Positions 31,101 to 41,879 are shown, numbered from the stretch's first letter. The stretch: DNA of 64,000 bases from an uncultured Gemmataceae bacterium (GCA_963750165.1 CAVVPN010000011.1:1824001-1888000); one strand, 5' to 3'. Notes: generated from the letters alone by a model not told the origin. Numbers and translations are program-made.

Positions 31101-33022
31101 GTTCAGCAGCGCCAGGTTGTGCAGACTCTGGGCGATGTCCGGGTGGTCCCCCTCCAGCTCGGCCTGGCGAATCTCCAGGGCACGCTGGTACAGCGGCTCC
31201 GCGGCCGGCAGGTTGCCCGTCTCGTGGTACAGCGCCGCCAGGTCGTTCAGCGCCTGGGCGAAGTCGGGGTGCTCCTCGCCCAGCAGCCGTTCGCGCAACT
31301 CCGCCACCTGCCGGTAGCGCACCTCGGCGGCGTTGTAGTTGCCCATGCGGTGGTACAGCTGGGCCAGGCTGTGCAGCGTCTGCACGAAGTCGGGGTGGTC
31401 CTCGCCCAGCAGCTTGCGCTGCTTCTCCAGCACCTGCAGGAACAGCGGCTCCGCGGCCTGGTAGTTGCCCAGCTGCTGCAGCACGCCAGCCAAAGCGTGC
31501 TCGCCGCGGGCGCACTCCGGGCTCTGCTCGCCGTGCTGCGCTCCCATCAGCCGCACCGCCTGGCGGTACAGCGGCTCGGCGGCCGCCGGGTTGCCCACGG
31601 CGCAGTGCATGCTCGCCAAATTGTTCAGGTTGTCCAGCACGGCGCGGTGCTCCTCGCCCAGGCTGGTCCGCAGGATGTCCAAAACACGCTGGTACAGCTC
31701 CACCGCCGCCTCGGTCTCGCCGCGGGCGTGCCGCAGGTTGGCGAACAGCTGCAGACTGCCGGCGAACGCCGGGTGCCGCTCGCCAAAGGTGCGGCGCGTG
31801 ATCTCCAGCGACCGCCGCACCAGCGGCTCGGCCTCGTCGTACTTCTGTTGCAAGCTCAGCAGCGCCGCCAGGTCGTTGAGCACGTCCGCCCCCTCGGGGT
31901 GGTCGTCGGCCAGCACCTCCTGCAGCGTCGCCAGCGCCTGCCGCAGCATCGGCTCGGCGTCGCCCAGCTTGCCCTGGCGCAGCGCACGGCGCCCAGCTCG
32001 GCCAGCGTGTGCGCCGTGTCGGGGTGACGCTCGCCGAGCGCCTTGCGGTTCGTCTCCAGCGCCTGCTGGTACAGCGCTTCCGCCTCGGTCAGGTTGCCGC
32101 GGGCGCGCTGCACCCAGCCGCGGAAGTTGAGGCTGTGGGCGTACTCGGGGTGCTGCTCGCCGAAGACTGCCTTCAAGATGGCCGCGGCCTGGTCGGCGAG
32201 CCGTTTGGCCGCGTCCAGCTTGCCACGGCTGCCGCTCAGGCCCGCCTGCAAGTTCAGGCTGCGGGCCAGCTCTGGATGGGCCGCTCCCAGCCCCCGCCGG
32301 GCCAGTTCCTCCGCGCGCCGGGCGTGCCGCTCCGCCTCGTCCAGCCGGCACAGGCAGCCCAGGACGCGGGCCAGCGCGTTGTGACTGCCGGCCAGGTCGG
32401 GATGGTCCTCGGCCAGCGCCTGCCGGCGGATCTCCAGGGCCCGCTCGGCCCAGAGCAACGCTTCCTGCAATCGGCCGCGCGAGCACGCCAGCCGGGCCAG
32501 CAGGGTCAGGCTCTCGGCGAAGTCCGCGTGTTGTTCGCCCAGCGTGTCACGGCGGATCGCCAGGGCCTGCTCGGCGGTCGCCTCCGCCTCGGCCTCGCGG
32601 CCCAGGGCGTGCTGCAGCAGGGCCAGGCTGTGCAGCGACTGCGCGGTGTCGGGGTGCTGCTCGCCCAGGGCCTGGCGACGGATGACCAGCGCCTGCCGCA
32701 GCAGCGGCTCGGCCTGGGAGAAGTTGGCCAACGATGCGTAGAGCAGGCCCAGGCCGTGGAGGCTGCGGGCGAAGTCGGGGTGCTCCTTGCCGAGACGGGC
32801 GCGACGCAGCGACAGCGCCTGCAGATAAGGCGCCTCGGCTGCGGCGAACTGGGCCAGGTCGCGGTGCAGTTCGGCCTGCTGGTGCAGGGCGGCGGCCCGT
32901 TCCAGGTCGTCGGCCTCCGGGGCGGCCGCCGCCCGCTGCGCCAGCGGCAGCGCGTCGCGGTAGCGGCCCTGGCCCGCGAGTCGGGCGGCGTCCTGGATAA
33001 GTGGGCCGATGAGTTCCGGCAT
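28195..33022 (-). CDS. Large TPR-repeat + CHAT (caspase-like) domain protein; apparent frameshifts near 31985 and 28265
   Basis: Many 42-aa kinesin-light-chain-type TPRs (GEDHPDxAxSLNNLA); CHAT motifs LAPDGELVHVPFEAL, LPGTRAE, SLWR; C-terminal WGGFVCYGEP lies in a shifted frame. Confidence 0.9.
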
Positions 33023-33429
33023 CGATGGCACTCCTGACGGGAAGTTCCGGGCGGCGCGGAGACAGCGCCCCTCTCATCATCATAGCGCGCCGTTGCCCGG
33101 TGGGGTGCCCGGCTGCGCCTCCGAAGTGATCCTATCGAGGGGGGATGGGGGAACCAGGGGCAGAGCCAGGCAGCGGCCGGCGCCGGTTGTCACAGCAAGG
33201 GAGCCAAGGGAGCCAAGCAACGCCGAAAACCGCCGGGCGGATTCCGCTGACCTAAGACTAAGATTGACCAGACGTTCGGCAGCCTGGGTGCTCGGGCATC
33301 TGCAAGGGCGGCCGTCCCTTTCCACAATGGGACTATCACACAACCCCAGTGCTTGGAGGGACGGCAAAGACCCAGGCGATGGCAAAGACTCAGGCGACGG
33401 CGCCGCGCGTCCGCTTGCGGCGTCTGGGA

Positions 33430-33620
33430 CGTGACCTGGCCGAGGCCCTCCGTCAGTTCTACCGCTGGCGCTGGGAGAACGAGAGCAACCAGGCGGGCTG
33501 CCGCTCAAGCGGCAGCCTGTACCTCGGCGGCATCGCCGCCGAGAATCGCCGTGTCGGCGTTGCTGCAACTGGCGCAAAGGTGCCAGGCACGCCAGGCCGC
33601 ACGACAAGGAGGTACTCCAT
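33430..33620 (+). pseudogene. Possible IS4-superfamily transposase remnant
   Basis: 'QFYRWRWENE' (YxxRWxxE signature) in a short ORF. Confidence 0.4.
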
Positions 33621-33779
33621 GACCGACCACTCCCGGCAACGTGTGCCCCCCCGTCTCCAGCGGAGACCCCGCCGCCACCGGTGAAGCAACTTTGGGATCG
33701 GCTCGCGCCCGGCCAACGACAGGAACTGTGCCAGGTGCTCAGCCTGTTGGTGGCTCGACGTCTCCGGACTCCGCCCGGC

Positions 33780-34952
33780 ACCAGATCCGCATGCCGATTC
33801 GGCCGCTCCACGGCCCGCATCGCGGTCAGCTCGAATGGCATCGCCCCAACCGGGTCACCCTGCAGTACCTGCTGCATCACCCCATTGATGCGGGCTACTA
33901 CCGCGGGGGCCACCGGGCGTGCGACCCGCGGCGCAAGGGGGGCGGTCGTCCGGGCACGAGGCGGACCGTGCGCCCGCTCGCGGAGTGCCTGGTCCTGCTC
34001 GAAGGCCGCTGCCCGGCCTACATCACGGCCGAGCGCTGCTGGGCCAACCAGCAGCGCCTCCAGGCCAACCGCGCCGCCAGCCTCAAGGGCGTGCGCCACG
34101 GCCCTTCGTTGCTGGGCGGCCTGCTCGTCTGTGACCGCTGCGGCCGTCACCTGCTGGTCAGCTACACCAACGCGGGCCGTGGGCTGCGGTACCGTTGCCT
34201 GCGTAACCGCATCGACTACGGCGGGCCGCCGTGTCAGAGCCTATCCGGCCAGCGCCTGGACGCCTGGGTCAGCGCTCAGGTCCTGGACGTCCTGCAGCCG
34301 GCGGCCCTGGAATTGCACCTCGCCGCCGCCGCCGATGTGGCCCAGGAGCGGCGGCGCTTGCACCAGCACTGGCAGCAGCAACTCGAGCGCGCCCGCTGGG
34401 AGACGGATCAGGTCGAGGTGACCATCCGCTGGGCCGGAGGCTTTGTCAGCCGGCATGCCCTGGCGCGTGCCGTGCAACGCTACGAGCAGTTAGCGGACTA
34501 CCCCCGCTTGCGGGCCCGCATCGACGAACTGCGTGCGGCCGGGAAGCCGATGGCCGCGGTGGCGGAGTGCTTGAACCGGGAGGGCTTCCGCCCGCCCAAG
34601 CGGGCGACGCGCTTCACCAGCAGCATGGTGGCGCGGGCTTGTTAGCCAAGGGCGGTCGCAGTGGCCCAAGGCCGGTGGCCCTGTCCGCCACCGGTCTGCT
34701 GCAGAGGGGGGGGAGTGGTTGTTGACGGACCTGGCGCGGCACCTGGGCCTGCCGTCGGCGACCCTGCACCGCTGGCGTCAGGTGGGTTGGGTTCATGCCC
34801 GCAAGCTGCCCGTACCGGGCGGGCATTGGGCGCTGTGGGCCGATGCTGCCGAACGCAAGCGCCTGGCCCGGTTGCGCCGGCATCACCGGGCGCGGCGTGA
34901 CCAACCCCTTCCCACCGAACTGACCACTCCCAAGGCTCGCAAAACCAAGTAA
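33780..34952 (+). pseudogene. Decayed large serine recombinase (recombinase and Zn-ribbon domains; catalytic N-terminus missing)
   Basis: LHHPIDAGYY, PAYITAERCWANQQRL, LLGGLLVCDRCGR, YRC...CQSLSGQRLD; internal deletion and frameshifts. Confidence 0.8.
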
Positions 34953-35168
34953 CATGGCAGCGTTTCCCCAGGCCCGGCCGGCGCGACGGAGCGCCGGCCG
35001 CGGCCTGCTACAGGCTTCTCTTTCAGGAGGCATTATGGCTGGCAGATCGAGGGGCTGTTCCGGGCGAGCAAACAGGTCTTGGACCTGGAAGCACCGCAGC
35101 ACTACAGCCGGGAAGCGGTGGAGAAGGTCGCTGAACCTCACCTTCGTTGGCGGGCGTTCCTGGCGCAG

Positions 35169-36506
35169 TTACGACGGGAAACACTTGCCGAAGGCCACCA
35201 GCAATTTTGGCGACCCCTGGATGCGGATTTTCCTGCGGAGCAGTGCCCACAAGAGGCTCCGCTCTTTCGCCAGGAAGCCCAGCCACGTCTCACTGTCTGC
35301 GGTCAGGCGCAGGTCGGCGGTGCCCTCGTGGCCGTCCCGGACCTGCACGGTGCCGTTTCGGATCACCACGGTGGCCTGCTGCGGCTCCTTGCCGGTGAAG
35401 GTGAAGTGGTAGACGGCGTTCAGCCCCGCCGCCTTGCCCGGCTGGAACAGCAACTTCAGCCCGAACAGGAAGCCCCGGATGGAGGTCGCCCGGATGCCGC
35501 TGCCAACTCGCTTGACCTTCTTCTTGGGGAAGCGGCGCGGGGCGTACTCCTCCGCATCCGAGCCGGCGATGACGTACACCGTCTCCTCCTTCTCCGTCAG
35601 CGGGCGCAGGGTGTCCTGGAGGAAGGTCTTGCGGTCGTTCAGGAAGGGGCCGATCACGTCCTCGCCAGCGGGGCAGACGGCCAGGCAGTACGCCGCCTTG
35701 TAGTTCGGCCCGAAGGCAAGCGACTGCCACAGCGAGGCCGTCTCTGACAGGCTGACCTTCTCCCGGTAACTCAGGGCCGTGTTGCTCTCGGCCACCTGCT
35801 CGACCCAATCGCTGAAGCCGCTCATGAACTCCCGGTAGTTGTGCGTGGCGCAGTTGGAGAACTGGAAGTCACCTTCCGGCGAGATGGCCCCGACCGGGCA
35901 CGCCGCCACGCACAGCTTGCATTCGAGACAAGGGTTGTAGTCAATGGGCTGGCCGTAGCTCGTCGCCTCGGCGTCGAGCAGCACGGTGCCCAGGACGATA
36001 AAATTACCGAATCTGGAGTGGATGACGTTACGGTGAACGCCCATGCGGCCCAGGCCGGCGGCGACGGCGACCGGCTTGTGCGAGACGACCCAAATCCTGC
36101 CGGGGAAGCGGTCCATCTCCATCGGGAAGCCCGCCGAGGGGTTCAGCGCCCGGACGCCCCGCTGTTCCAGGGCGGCGACGACGTTGCGGGCGACCTCGTT
36201 GGCGTGGTCGTAGCTGGCGTGGAACTCCAGGTTGGAGGCGGAACGGGCGGGGCTGCGGATCGGCCCCCGGTTCATCCGGCAGACGAGGCTGAGGAGCGTT
36301 TTGGCGTGCGGGAAGTAGCGGAGGATGTCGGCCCGCTGGTCGTCCAGGGTCGGGCGGCCAATCTCGACCAGGCCGGCGTCGTCGGCCCCGCAGTCCAGGC
36401 ACAACTGGCGCAGCCAGGCCGCATCAAGCGGTTGCGGCGGCTCGGGGTGGTCGGTGCGGTCGCTCTCACGGAAACGCCGCACGGTCGGGTGTTCAGCCAG
36501 GTTCAT
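35169..36506 (-). CDS. 4Fe-4S dicluster (QueG/reductive-dehalogenase-like) protein fused to an SCP2 sterol-binding domain
   Basis: SHKPVAVAAGLGRMG, CLECKLCVAACPVGAI, CLAVCP; C-terminal ADLRLTADSETWL...KIRIQG. Confidence 0.88.
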   Translation of the reverse strand: MNLAEHPTVRRFRESDRTDHPEPPQPLDAAWLRQLCLDCGADDAGLVEIGRPTLDDQRADILRYFPHAKTLLSLVCRMNRGPIRSPARSASNLEFHASYDHANEVARNVVAALEQRGVRALNPSAGFPMEMDRFPGRIWVVSHKPVAVAAGLGRMGVHRNVIHSRFGNFIVLGTVLLDAEATSYGQPIDYNPCLECKLCVAACPVGAISPEGDFQFSNCATHNYREFMSGFSDWVEQVAESNTALSYREKVSLSETASLWQSLAFGPNYKAAYCLAVCPAGEDVIGPFLNDRKTFLQDTLRPLTEKEETVYVIAGSDAEEYAPRRFPKKKVKRVGSGIRATSIRGFLFGLKLLFQPGKAAGLNAVYHFTFTGKEPQQATVVIRNGTVQVRDGHEGTADLRLTADSETWLGFLAKERSLLWALLRRKIRIQGSPKLLVAFGKCFPS

Positions 36507-36559
36507 GACGACGCCTCTTAATTGCGTATGCAAATATCAGCAGAAAAAACACAGACTGC

Positions 36560-36850
36560 TCATGCTTCGGGCCTGGTCTGTCGCAGCTTCTTCGCCGCCC
36601 GGTCGAGCAGGGCGACTCCCTCGCTTCCCAGCAGTTCGGTGGCCTGGCGCTGGGCCTGCTCCCAGGCCGGCACCGCCTTCTCGATCAGCCGCCTCCCCCG
36701 TGACGTTAGGCGGAAGGGCTGGACACGGGCGTCCGCTTCCGGCACGACCTCCAGCCAGCCGTGGGCCTGCAACGGCTTGACGTTGCGGCTGAGGGTGGAC
36801 GCATCCAGTTGCAGCATCTCGCAGACCTGGGCGGGTCGGCCTCGTCCCAC
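36560..36850 (-). pseudogene. MarR-family regulator, 5'-truncated
   Basis: PAQVCEMLQLDASTLSRNVKPLQAHGWL...FRLTSRGRRLIEKAVPAWEQAQ. Confidence 0.7.
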
Positions 36851-36851
36851 T

Positions 36852-37085
36852 TCACGTCGCCCGAAGCCCGTAGATCGCCGGGACCGGCTCGTGCCCGGCC
36901 AGGCGCAGCCACGTCTGTACCTGCGTCCGGTGGTGGCAGGTGTGCATGACTCGCCGCCAGAACACCCAAATCCGTTCCCGCTGCAAACCGCCGAAGAAGG
37001 GCCGCTGTTCCAGCCACCAGGAAGAAGTGCCGGCGGCAAGCTGCGGCAGCCGTTGCTTCACCAGCCAGATGTACTTGTCGGCCGA
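36852..37085 (-). pseudogene. DinB-family protein, C-terminal fragment
   Basis: WVFWRRVMHTCHHRTQVQTWLRLAG..VPAIYG. Confidence 0.65.
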
Positions 37086-37087
37086 TG

Positions 37088-37190
37088 CGGATTTGGTTCT
37101 GGTCGAACCGGAAGGCGTCGAGGATGACGATAAGTTGAAGGATTGGATCGAACGGGCGGTGCGGTTCGTCGAGACACTGCCGGCGAAGCC
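37088..37190 (+). pseudogene. TfoX/Sxy-family C-terminal fragment
   Basis: LVEPEGVEDDDKLKDWIERAVRFVETLPAK. Confidence 0.6.
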
Positions 37191-37513
37191 ACGCTGGCTG
37201 ACCAAGCATCGGCCGGCGGAAGAAATCACGTCACGAAGCTGGCCCTTGCCGTTGGTTTCGGTGAGTTGCTGAAACTGATTCAGCCGCCCGACGCTTGGTG
37301 CCGTCCACCGAGCCTCGGTGATGTCTTCACCTGCGTCTACGCCATCGGACCTTACGAGAAGGTACAGTCGCTTTGGGTCATGCAATTCTACGGCAGCATG
37401 TACATCTCGGTCTTCACCACGACCAAGGAGACATCGCTCGTCCCGCCATCTGCATCTTGAGCGAATCCACTTTGGCTGCGAACCCGCTCTGCGGCGAGGG
37501 TGTCCTCCCCTTC

Positions 37514-38320
37514 ATGGACACAAACCTGCTCGACATCAAGTTCGCCCGCATCGGCGCACGGCTGAAGGTTGCTGATCGTCCGTCCCAGCGCAGACGCACG
37601 GCGGGCGTCATCTCCCTGGACGTGCAGGCCGACCGTAAGGGCGAGTTCTTCGAGATCGTCCGGCAGCCGGGGGCCGAGGCCGAGGTCGCCGTCCTCGACG
37701 TGCAGCCCGCCGACCGCCACCTGCTGCTCCTGGTCCGTGAGGGCAAGGACAAGAGCAAGTTCCTGTGCGGCCACGACGAGCGCCACTGGTTCGTCGCCGG
37801 CATTCCCGAAAGCGCCCCGGTCGGCACCGTCCGCCAGGCCAAGGAGGCACTGAAGCCCGCCGAGGTCCAGACCGCCCAGGCACGCCAGCGCCTCAAGGGC
37901 AAGGCCCGCAACCGCCGGAAGAACGCTGCCTTCGTCCGCCAGGGCGAGTGGTTCTTCCTGCCGGTCCCTGGCTTCGTCGTGGAAGAGAAGTTGTTGCTGA
38001 CCAACGAGCCGCTGCGCCGGGGCGACGGTGGTAAGCCACATTGGGCCGAATTCTGTTACCGGACGGGTGGCGAGACGGTCTGCGTCTGCTCCCGACACCC
38101 CAACGGCGTCACCGAGGCGCAGTACAGGGACATCCTGACCGGCAACCCGAAGGCGAAGGGCTGGGGCTGGCGCACCATGCGGCGCAACCCAGGCGTCTAC
38201 GTCCGGGGCCGGGTCCGGCACGCCGACCACGCCACGATCACCCTGCACGGCTGGCACCAAGTCGTGATGAACACCGAGGGGCAGTCGAAGGCCATGCGGA
38301 ACGTGGCCTTCCTCGACTGA
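37514..38320 (+). CDS. Conserved-looking hypothetical protein (RQGEWFF motif, His-rich)
   Basis: Intact 268-aa ORF with host-like codon usage; FLCGHDERHWF, RQGEWFFLP, HADHATI...WH. Confidence 0.8.
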   Translation: MDTNLLDIKFARIGARLKVADRPSQRRRTAGVISLDVQADRKGEFFEIVRQPGAEAEVAVLDVQPADRHLLLLVREGKDKSKFLCGHDERHWFVAGIPESAPVGTVRQAKEALKPAEVQTAQARQRLKGKARNRRKNAAFVRQGEWFFLPVPGFVVEEKLLLTNEPLRRGDGGKPHWAEFCYRTGGETVCVCSRHPNGVTEAQYRDILTGNPKAKGWGWRTMRRNPGVYVRGRVRHADHATITLHGWHQVVMNTEGQSKAMRNVAFLD

Positions 38321-38351
38321 CGCCTTCGCTGATTGATCGGAACGAGAAGAG

Positions 38352-38390
38352 ACCCGTGGCAGGTTGCGCCTGCTGCGGGCTTTTTCTCTT
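38352..38390 (+). terminator. Intrinsic terminator
   Basis: cccgtggcagg / cctgctgcggg stem followed by ctttttctc. Confidence 0.6.
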
Positions 38391-38471
38391 GATGGAGGCC
38401 AAATCGCCGCCGTTTAACGATATCATTGCATTGAGTCACCACCGCCCGGCCCTTTGCAGGAGTTTCCCGCC

Positions 38472-40592
38472 ATGACACGGCCCCGCCACCTCCTCGCCCT
38501 GCTGCTCGTGGTGCTGCCCGGCCTCGCCGCGGCCCAATCGCCCGCCGACACCAGCCGCGGCGACAAGCAACTCGCCGCCTACTTCGACGCCCAGACCCGG
38601 CAGATCGCCGCCACCTGCCTGGCGGACGTGAAAACGCTTGCCGACTGGCAGAAGAAGCGGCCCGAGCTGCGCCGTCAGTTCCTCGACATGCTCGGCCTGT
38701 GGCCGCTGCCCGCCAGAACCGACCTCAAGGTGAAAGTAACGGGCAAAATTGATGCCGAGCACTACACCCTTGAGAAACTCCATTACCAGTCAAGCCCCGG
38801 ATTGTACGTCAGCGCGAACCTGTATGTGCCGAAGAAGGCGAAATTCCCGGCCCCGGCAGTGCTCTATGTCTGCGGCCACGGCGGCACGAAAATCGACGGC
38901 GTCAATTACGGCAACCACGTCTACTACCAGCACCATCCGGCCTGGTTCGCGGAGCACGGCTACGTCTGCCTGATTTTAGACACACTGCAACTCGGCGAAG
39001 TTCCCGGACTTCACCACGGTACTTTTGCCAACGATAAAGGTCTCTGGTGGTGGCAAACGCTGGGCTACACGCCGGCCGGCATCGAGTGCTGGAACGCCAT
39101 GCGCGCCCTGGATTACCTGGAGTCGCGCAAGGACGTGGACCCGAAGCGCCTGGGCGTGACCGGCCGCAGCGGCGGCGGTGCCACCAGCTGGTGGCTGGCG
39201 GCGGCGGACGAGCGCGTGCAGTGCATCATCCCGGTGGCCGGCATCGCCGACCTGCGGGCGCACCTCGTCGAGGGGGTGGCGCCGCGCTTCCGCAACGGCG
39301 TCATCAGCGGCCACTGCGACTGCATGTACATGGTCAACACCTATCGCTGGGACTTCTCCGTCGTCGCCGCTCTGTGCGCCCCGCGGCCGCTGCTGCTCGG
39401 CAACAGTGACGCAGACGACATTTTCCCCGTGGCGGGCTACCGTCGCCTCGCCGAGCCGGTGCGGCGGATTTACGACCTCTACGGGGCGAAGGAAAAGTTC
39501 GCGCTGCTGGAGACGGCGGGACCGCACAAGGACACGCCCGAGCTGCGCCTGGGGGCGTTCCGCTGGATGAATCGCTGGCTGAAGAACGAACCGGGTGAGG
39601 TGACGGAGGAGAAACGGCCGCTGTGGACGCCGCAGCAACTGAAGGTGTTCGATCGCGCTCCGGAGGACGCCCGTAACGCCTTCATTCATGAGGTGTTCAT
39701 CAAGCCGGCGCGGCCGCTGTTGCCGCAGAGCGCGGAGGTTGTCAAATCATGGTGGCCGGGCAAGCGCCAGGAATGGCTGCAAACGCTCAAGGACCAGGTG
39801 TTCCGCGGCTGGGCGCAGAAGCCGCCGCCGGTGAACGCCCGGCTCGCCGTGGAGGTTGTCAAGCAGGGTGTGCGTCTGCGGGCGTTCGATTTCGTCAGCG
39901 AGCAGGGCGTGGAACTGCGGCTGTTCGTGCTCACGGCGGAGAAGAACGCGAAGCCGAGCGTGACAGTGCTGCACGCCGTCGATGAGGCCGGTTGGCGGGC
40001 GTGGGTGGCGGAACTCGGCCCGGACTTCCGCGCCGCGCTGCAGTTGACACACGAGCCAAAATTCGTCCCGAAGGGCCTGGAGCGCGTCCGGCGGGTGCTG
40101 GAGACGACGAAGTGGGCACTGGCGACGGTGTCGCCGCGCGGCGTCGGGCCGACGCGCTGGAAGGAGGCGGGCACCGCGACCGAGAACCAGGTCAAGCGCC
40201 GCTTCCCGCTGATCGGCCAGACGCTGGATGGCCAGCGTGTCTGGGACGTGCGCCGCAGCCTGGCGGCGCTGCGGCAGGTGCCGGGCCTCAAGGGTGTCCC
40301 CCTCTGGTTGCAGGGCGAGGGCGCCCTGGCTGGCATCGTCCTGTATGCGGCATTGTTCGAATCGGATGTGGCCCGGCTCAAGCTGCGGCACCTGCCGCCG
40401 TCCCACCTGCGCGGGCCGACCTTCCTGAACGTGCGGAAACACTTCGACTTGCCGCAGGCGCTGGCCCTGGCGCTGCCGCGGTCCATCGACCTGACGGTGC
40501 CGACCGCAGACTTTGCCCAGTTTGACTGGGCGCTGCGCTTGCAGAAGTCATTGGGCTTAAATTCTTTAAAAATTCGCACGGCGACCGATTGA
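38472..40592 (+). CDS. Exported alpha/beta hydrolase (acetyl xylan esterase/dienelactone hydrolase-like)
   Basis: Signal peptide; PAVLYVCGH, GVTGRSGGG nucleophile elbow, APRPLLL. Confidence 0.88.
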   Translation: MTRPRHLLALLLVVLPGLAAAQSPADTSRGDKQLAAYFDAQTRQIAATCLADVKTLADWQKKRPELRRQFLDMLGLWPLPARTDLKVKVTGKIDAEHYTLEKLHYQSSPGLYVSANLYVPKKAKFPAPAVLYVCGHGGTKIDGVNYGNHVYYQHHPAWFAEHGYVCLILDTLQLGEVPGLHHGTFANDKGLWWWQTLGYTPAGIECWNAMRALDYLESRKDVDPKRLGVTGRSGGGATSWWLAAADERVQCIIPVAGIADLRAHLVEGVAPRFRNGVISGHCDCMYMVNTYRWDFSVVAALCAPRPLLLGNSDADDIFPVAGYRRLAEPVRRIYDLYGAKEKFALLETAGPHKDTPELRLGAFRWMNRWLKNEPGEVTEEKRPLWTPQQLKVFDRAPEDARNAFIHEVFIKPARPLLPQSAEVVKSWWPGKRQEWLQTLKDQVFRGWAQKPPPVNARLAVEVVKQGVRLRAFDFVSEQGVELRLFVLTAEKNAKPSVTVLHAVDEAGWRAWVAELGPDFRAALQLTHEPKFVPKGLERVRRVLETTKWALATVSPRGVGPTRWKEAGTATENQVKRRFPLIGQTLDGQRVWDVRRSLAALRQVPGLKGVPLWLQGEGALAGIVLYAALFESDVARLKLRHLPPSHLRGPTFLNVRKHFDLPQALALALPRSIDLTVPTADFAQFDWALRLQKSLGLNSLKIRTATD

Positions 40593-40708
40593 AGCGGAGG
40601 GGCGGTCTCCCGATACTACCTGAAACGAAAACCGTTCTGCTCGATGCAGTCGGAACGCCCAGGCAGAACCACCATGGAGTTTGACTTTCAGAAGAAGGAG
40701 AGTGTGCG

Positions 40709-41065
40709 ATGGCCGATGAAACGACCCCCATGACCGCAACGCCGGAGCAACAACCGCAACAGGCACCGCAGTTCCCAACGGACTACACCAGCCTGTCCAC
40801 GGTGTACACGAACTTCTGCCGCGTCAGTGTCACGCCGGAAGAACTGGTGCTCGACTTCGGCCTCAACACCCAGATCGCGCCGAATCCCTCCGAGCCGATC
40901 AAGTTGTCGCACCGCGTTGTCATGAACTTCTACACCGCCAAGCGGCTGATGACGGCGCTGATGAGCGTCGTCAACCAGCACGAGAACGCTTACGGTGTGC
41001 TGGAGCTGGACTTCCAGCGCCGCGCTCGTAACATGCAGCGCCCGTCCACGGGCATCCGGCAGTAG
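40709..41065 (+). CDS. DUF3467 domain protein
   Basis: YTNFCRVSVTPEELVLDFGLN...RVVMNFYTAKRL. Confidence 0.85.
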   Translation: MADETTPMTATPEQQPQQAPQFPTDYTSLSTVYTNFCRVSVTPEELVLDFGLNTQIAPNPSEPIKLSHRVVMNFYTAKRLMTALMSVVNQHENAYGVLELDFQRRARNMQRPSTGIRQ

Positions 41066-41067
41066 TG

Positions 41068-41140
41068 AGGATGAGGGGGTGAGGGGGTGAAGGGGTGAGG
41101 AGGTGACAAAAACCTCGTCTTTTCACCCCTTCACCCCTCA
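41068..41140. repeat. Octamer (GGGGGTGA-like) tandem/inverted repeat between convergent genes
   Basis: gagggggtgagggggtgaaggggtgaggaggtga ... tcacccct tcacccctca. Confidence 0.7.
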
Positions 41141-41869
41141 CCGCAAACTATAAGGCACCTCCAACCCGTGCGCGTCCATCAGCGCCGAGTCCGCCAGCAG
41201 GGTGCGCGCCGGCCCGTCGGCAGCGAGCCGGCCGCGGTCCAGCACCAGCACCCGGCCGCACGTCTGCAGGATCAACTCCAGGTCGTGCGACGCGATCACT
41301 TTCGTGATCGGCAATGCGTTCAGGAGCGCGATCAGTTCGCGGCGGCCACGCGGGTCGAGGTACATGGACGGCTCGTCCAGCAGCAGGATGTCGGGCTGCA
41401 TGGCCAGCACTCCGGCCAGCGCCACCCGCCGCTTTTCACCACCGGACAGGTGGAACGGCACTCGCTCCTCGAAACCCGTCAGGTCCACTTGCTGGAGTGC
41501 CGCCGACACGCGCCGCCGCACCTCGTCCGCCGGCAGCCCCAGGTTGAGAGGCCCGAACGCCACATCGTCGAAGACCGTCGCGTTGAACAACTGGTCGTCG
41601 CTGTTCTGAAACACGAAGCCGACCTTGGCCGGCAACCGCCGCCGTTCCGCCGCGACGCCCGGGTCCAGGCCGCCCAGCCGGGCCATGCCCGGCTTCACCG
41701 GCAGCACACCGCACAGGCACAGGAACAGGCTCGTCTTGCCGGCGCCGTTCGGCCCGACCAGGCCCACACAGGCGCCTGCGTCCGCCGTGAACGTGACCTC
41801 GGTCAGCGCCTGCACCGCGCCAGGGTAGGCGTAGCTCAATCGATTGACGACGAAGTCGGCGGCCTCCAC
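41138..41869 (-). CDS. cbiO: ECF transporter ATP-binding component (CbiO-like)
   Basis: GPNGAGKT, FQNSDDQLF, LSGGEKRR and LLDEP motifs. Confidence 0.9.
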   Translation of the reverse strand: MEAADFVVNRLSYAYPGAVQALTEVTFTADAGACVGLVGPNGAGKTSLFLCLCGVLPVKPGMARLGGLDPGVAAERRRLPAKVGFVFQNSDDQLFNATVFDDVAFGPLNLGLPADEVRRRVSAALQQVDLTGFEERVPFHLSGGEKRRVALAGVLAMQPDILLLDEPSMYLDPRGRRELIALLNALPITKVIASHDLELILQTCGRVLVLDRGRLAADGPARTLLADSALMDAHGLEVPYSLR

Positions 41870-41879
41870 GGCGACCCCT

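Noticed and set aside
28155..33083. Many long overlapping or antisense ORFs across the TPR-CHAT gene (also over proS, gatA and the HEAT protein)
   Set aside because: These are shadow ORFs expected in high-GC DNA: Arg/Ala/Pro-rich and without motifs.
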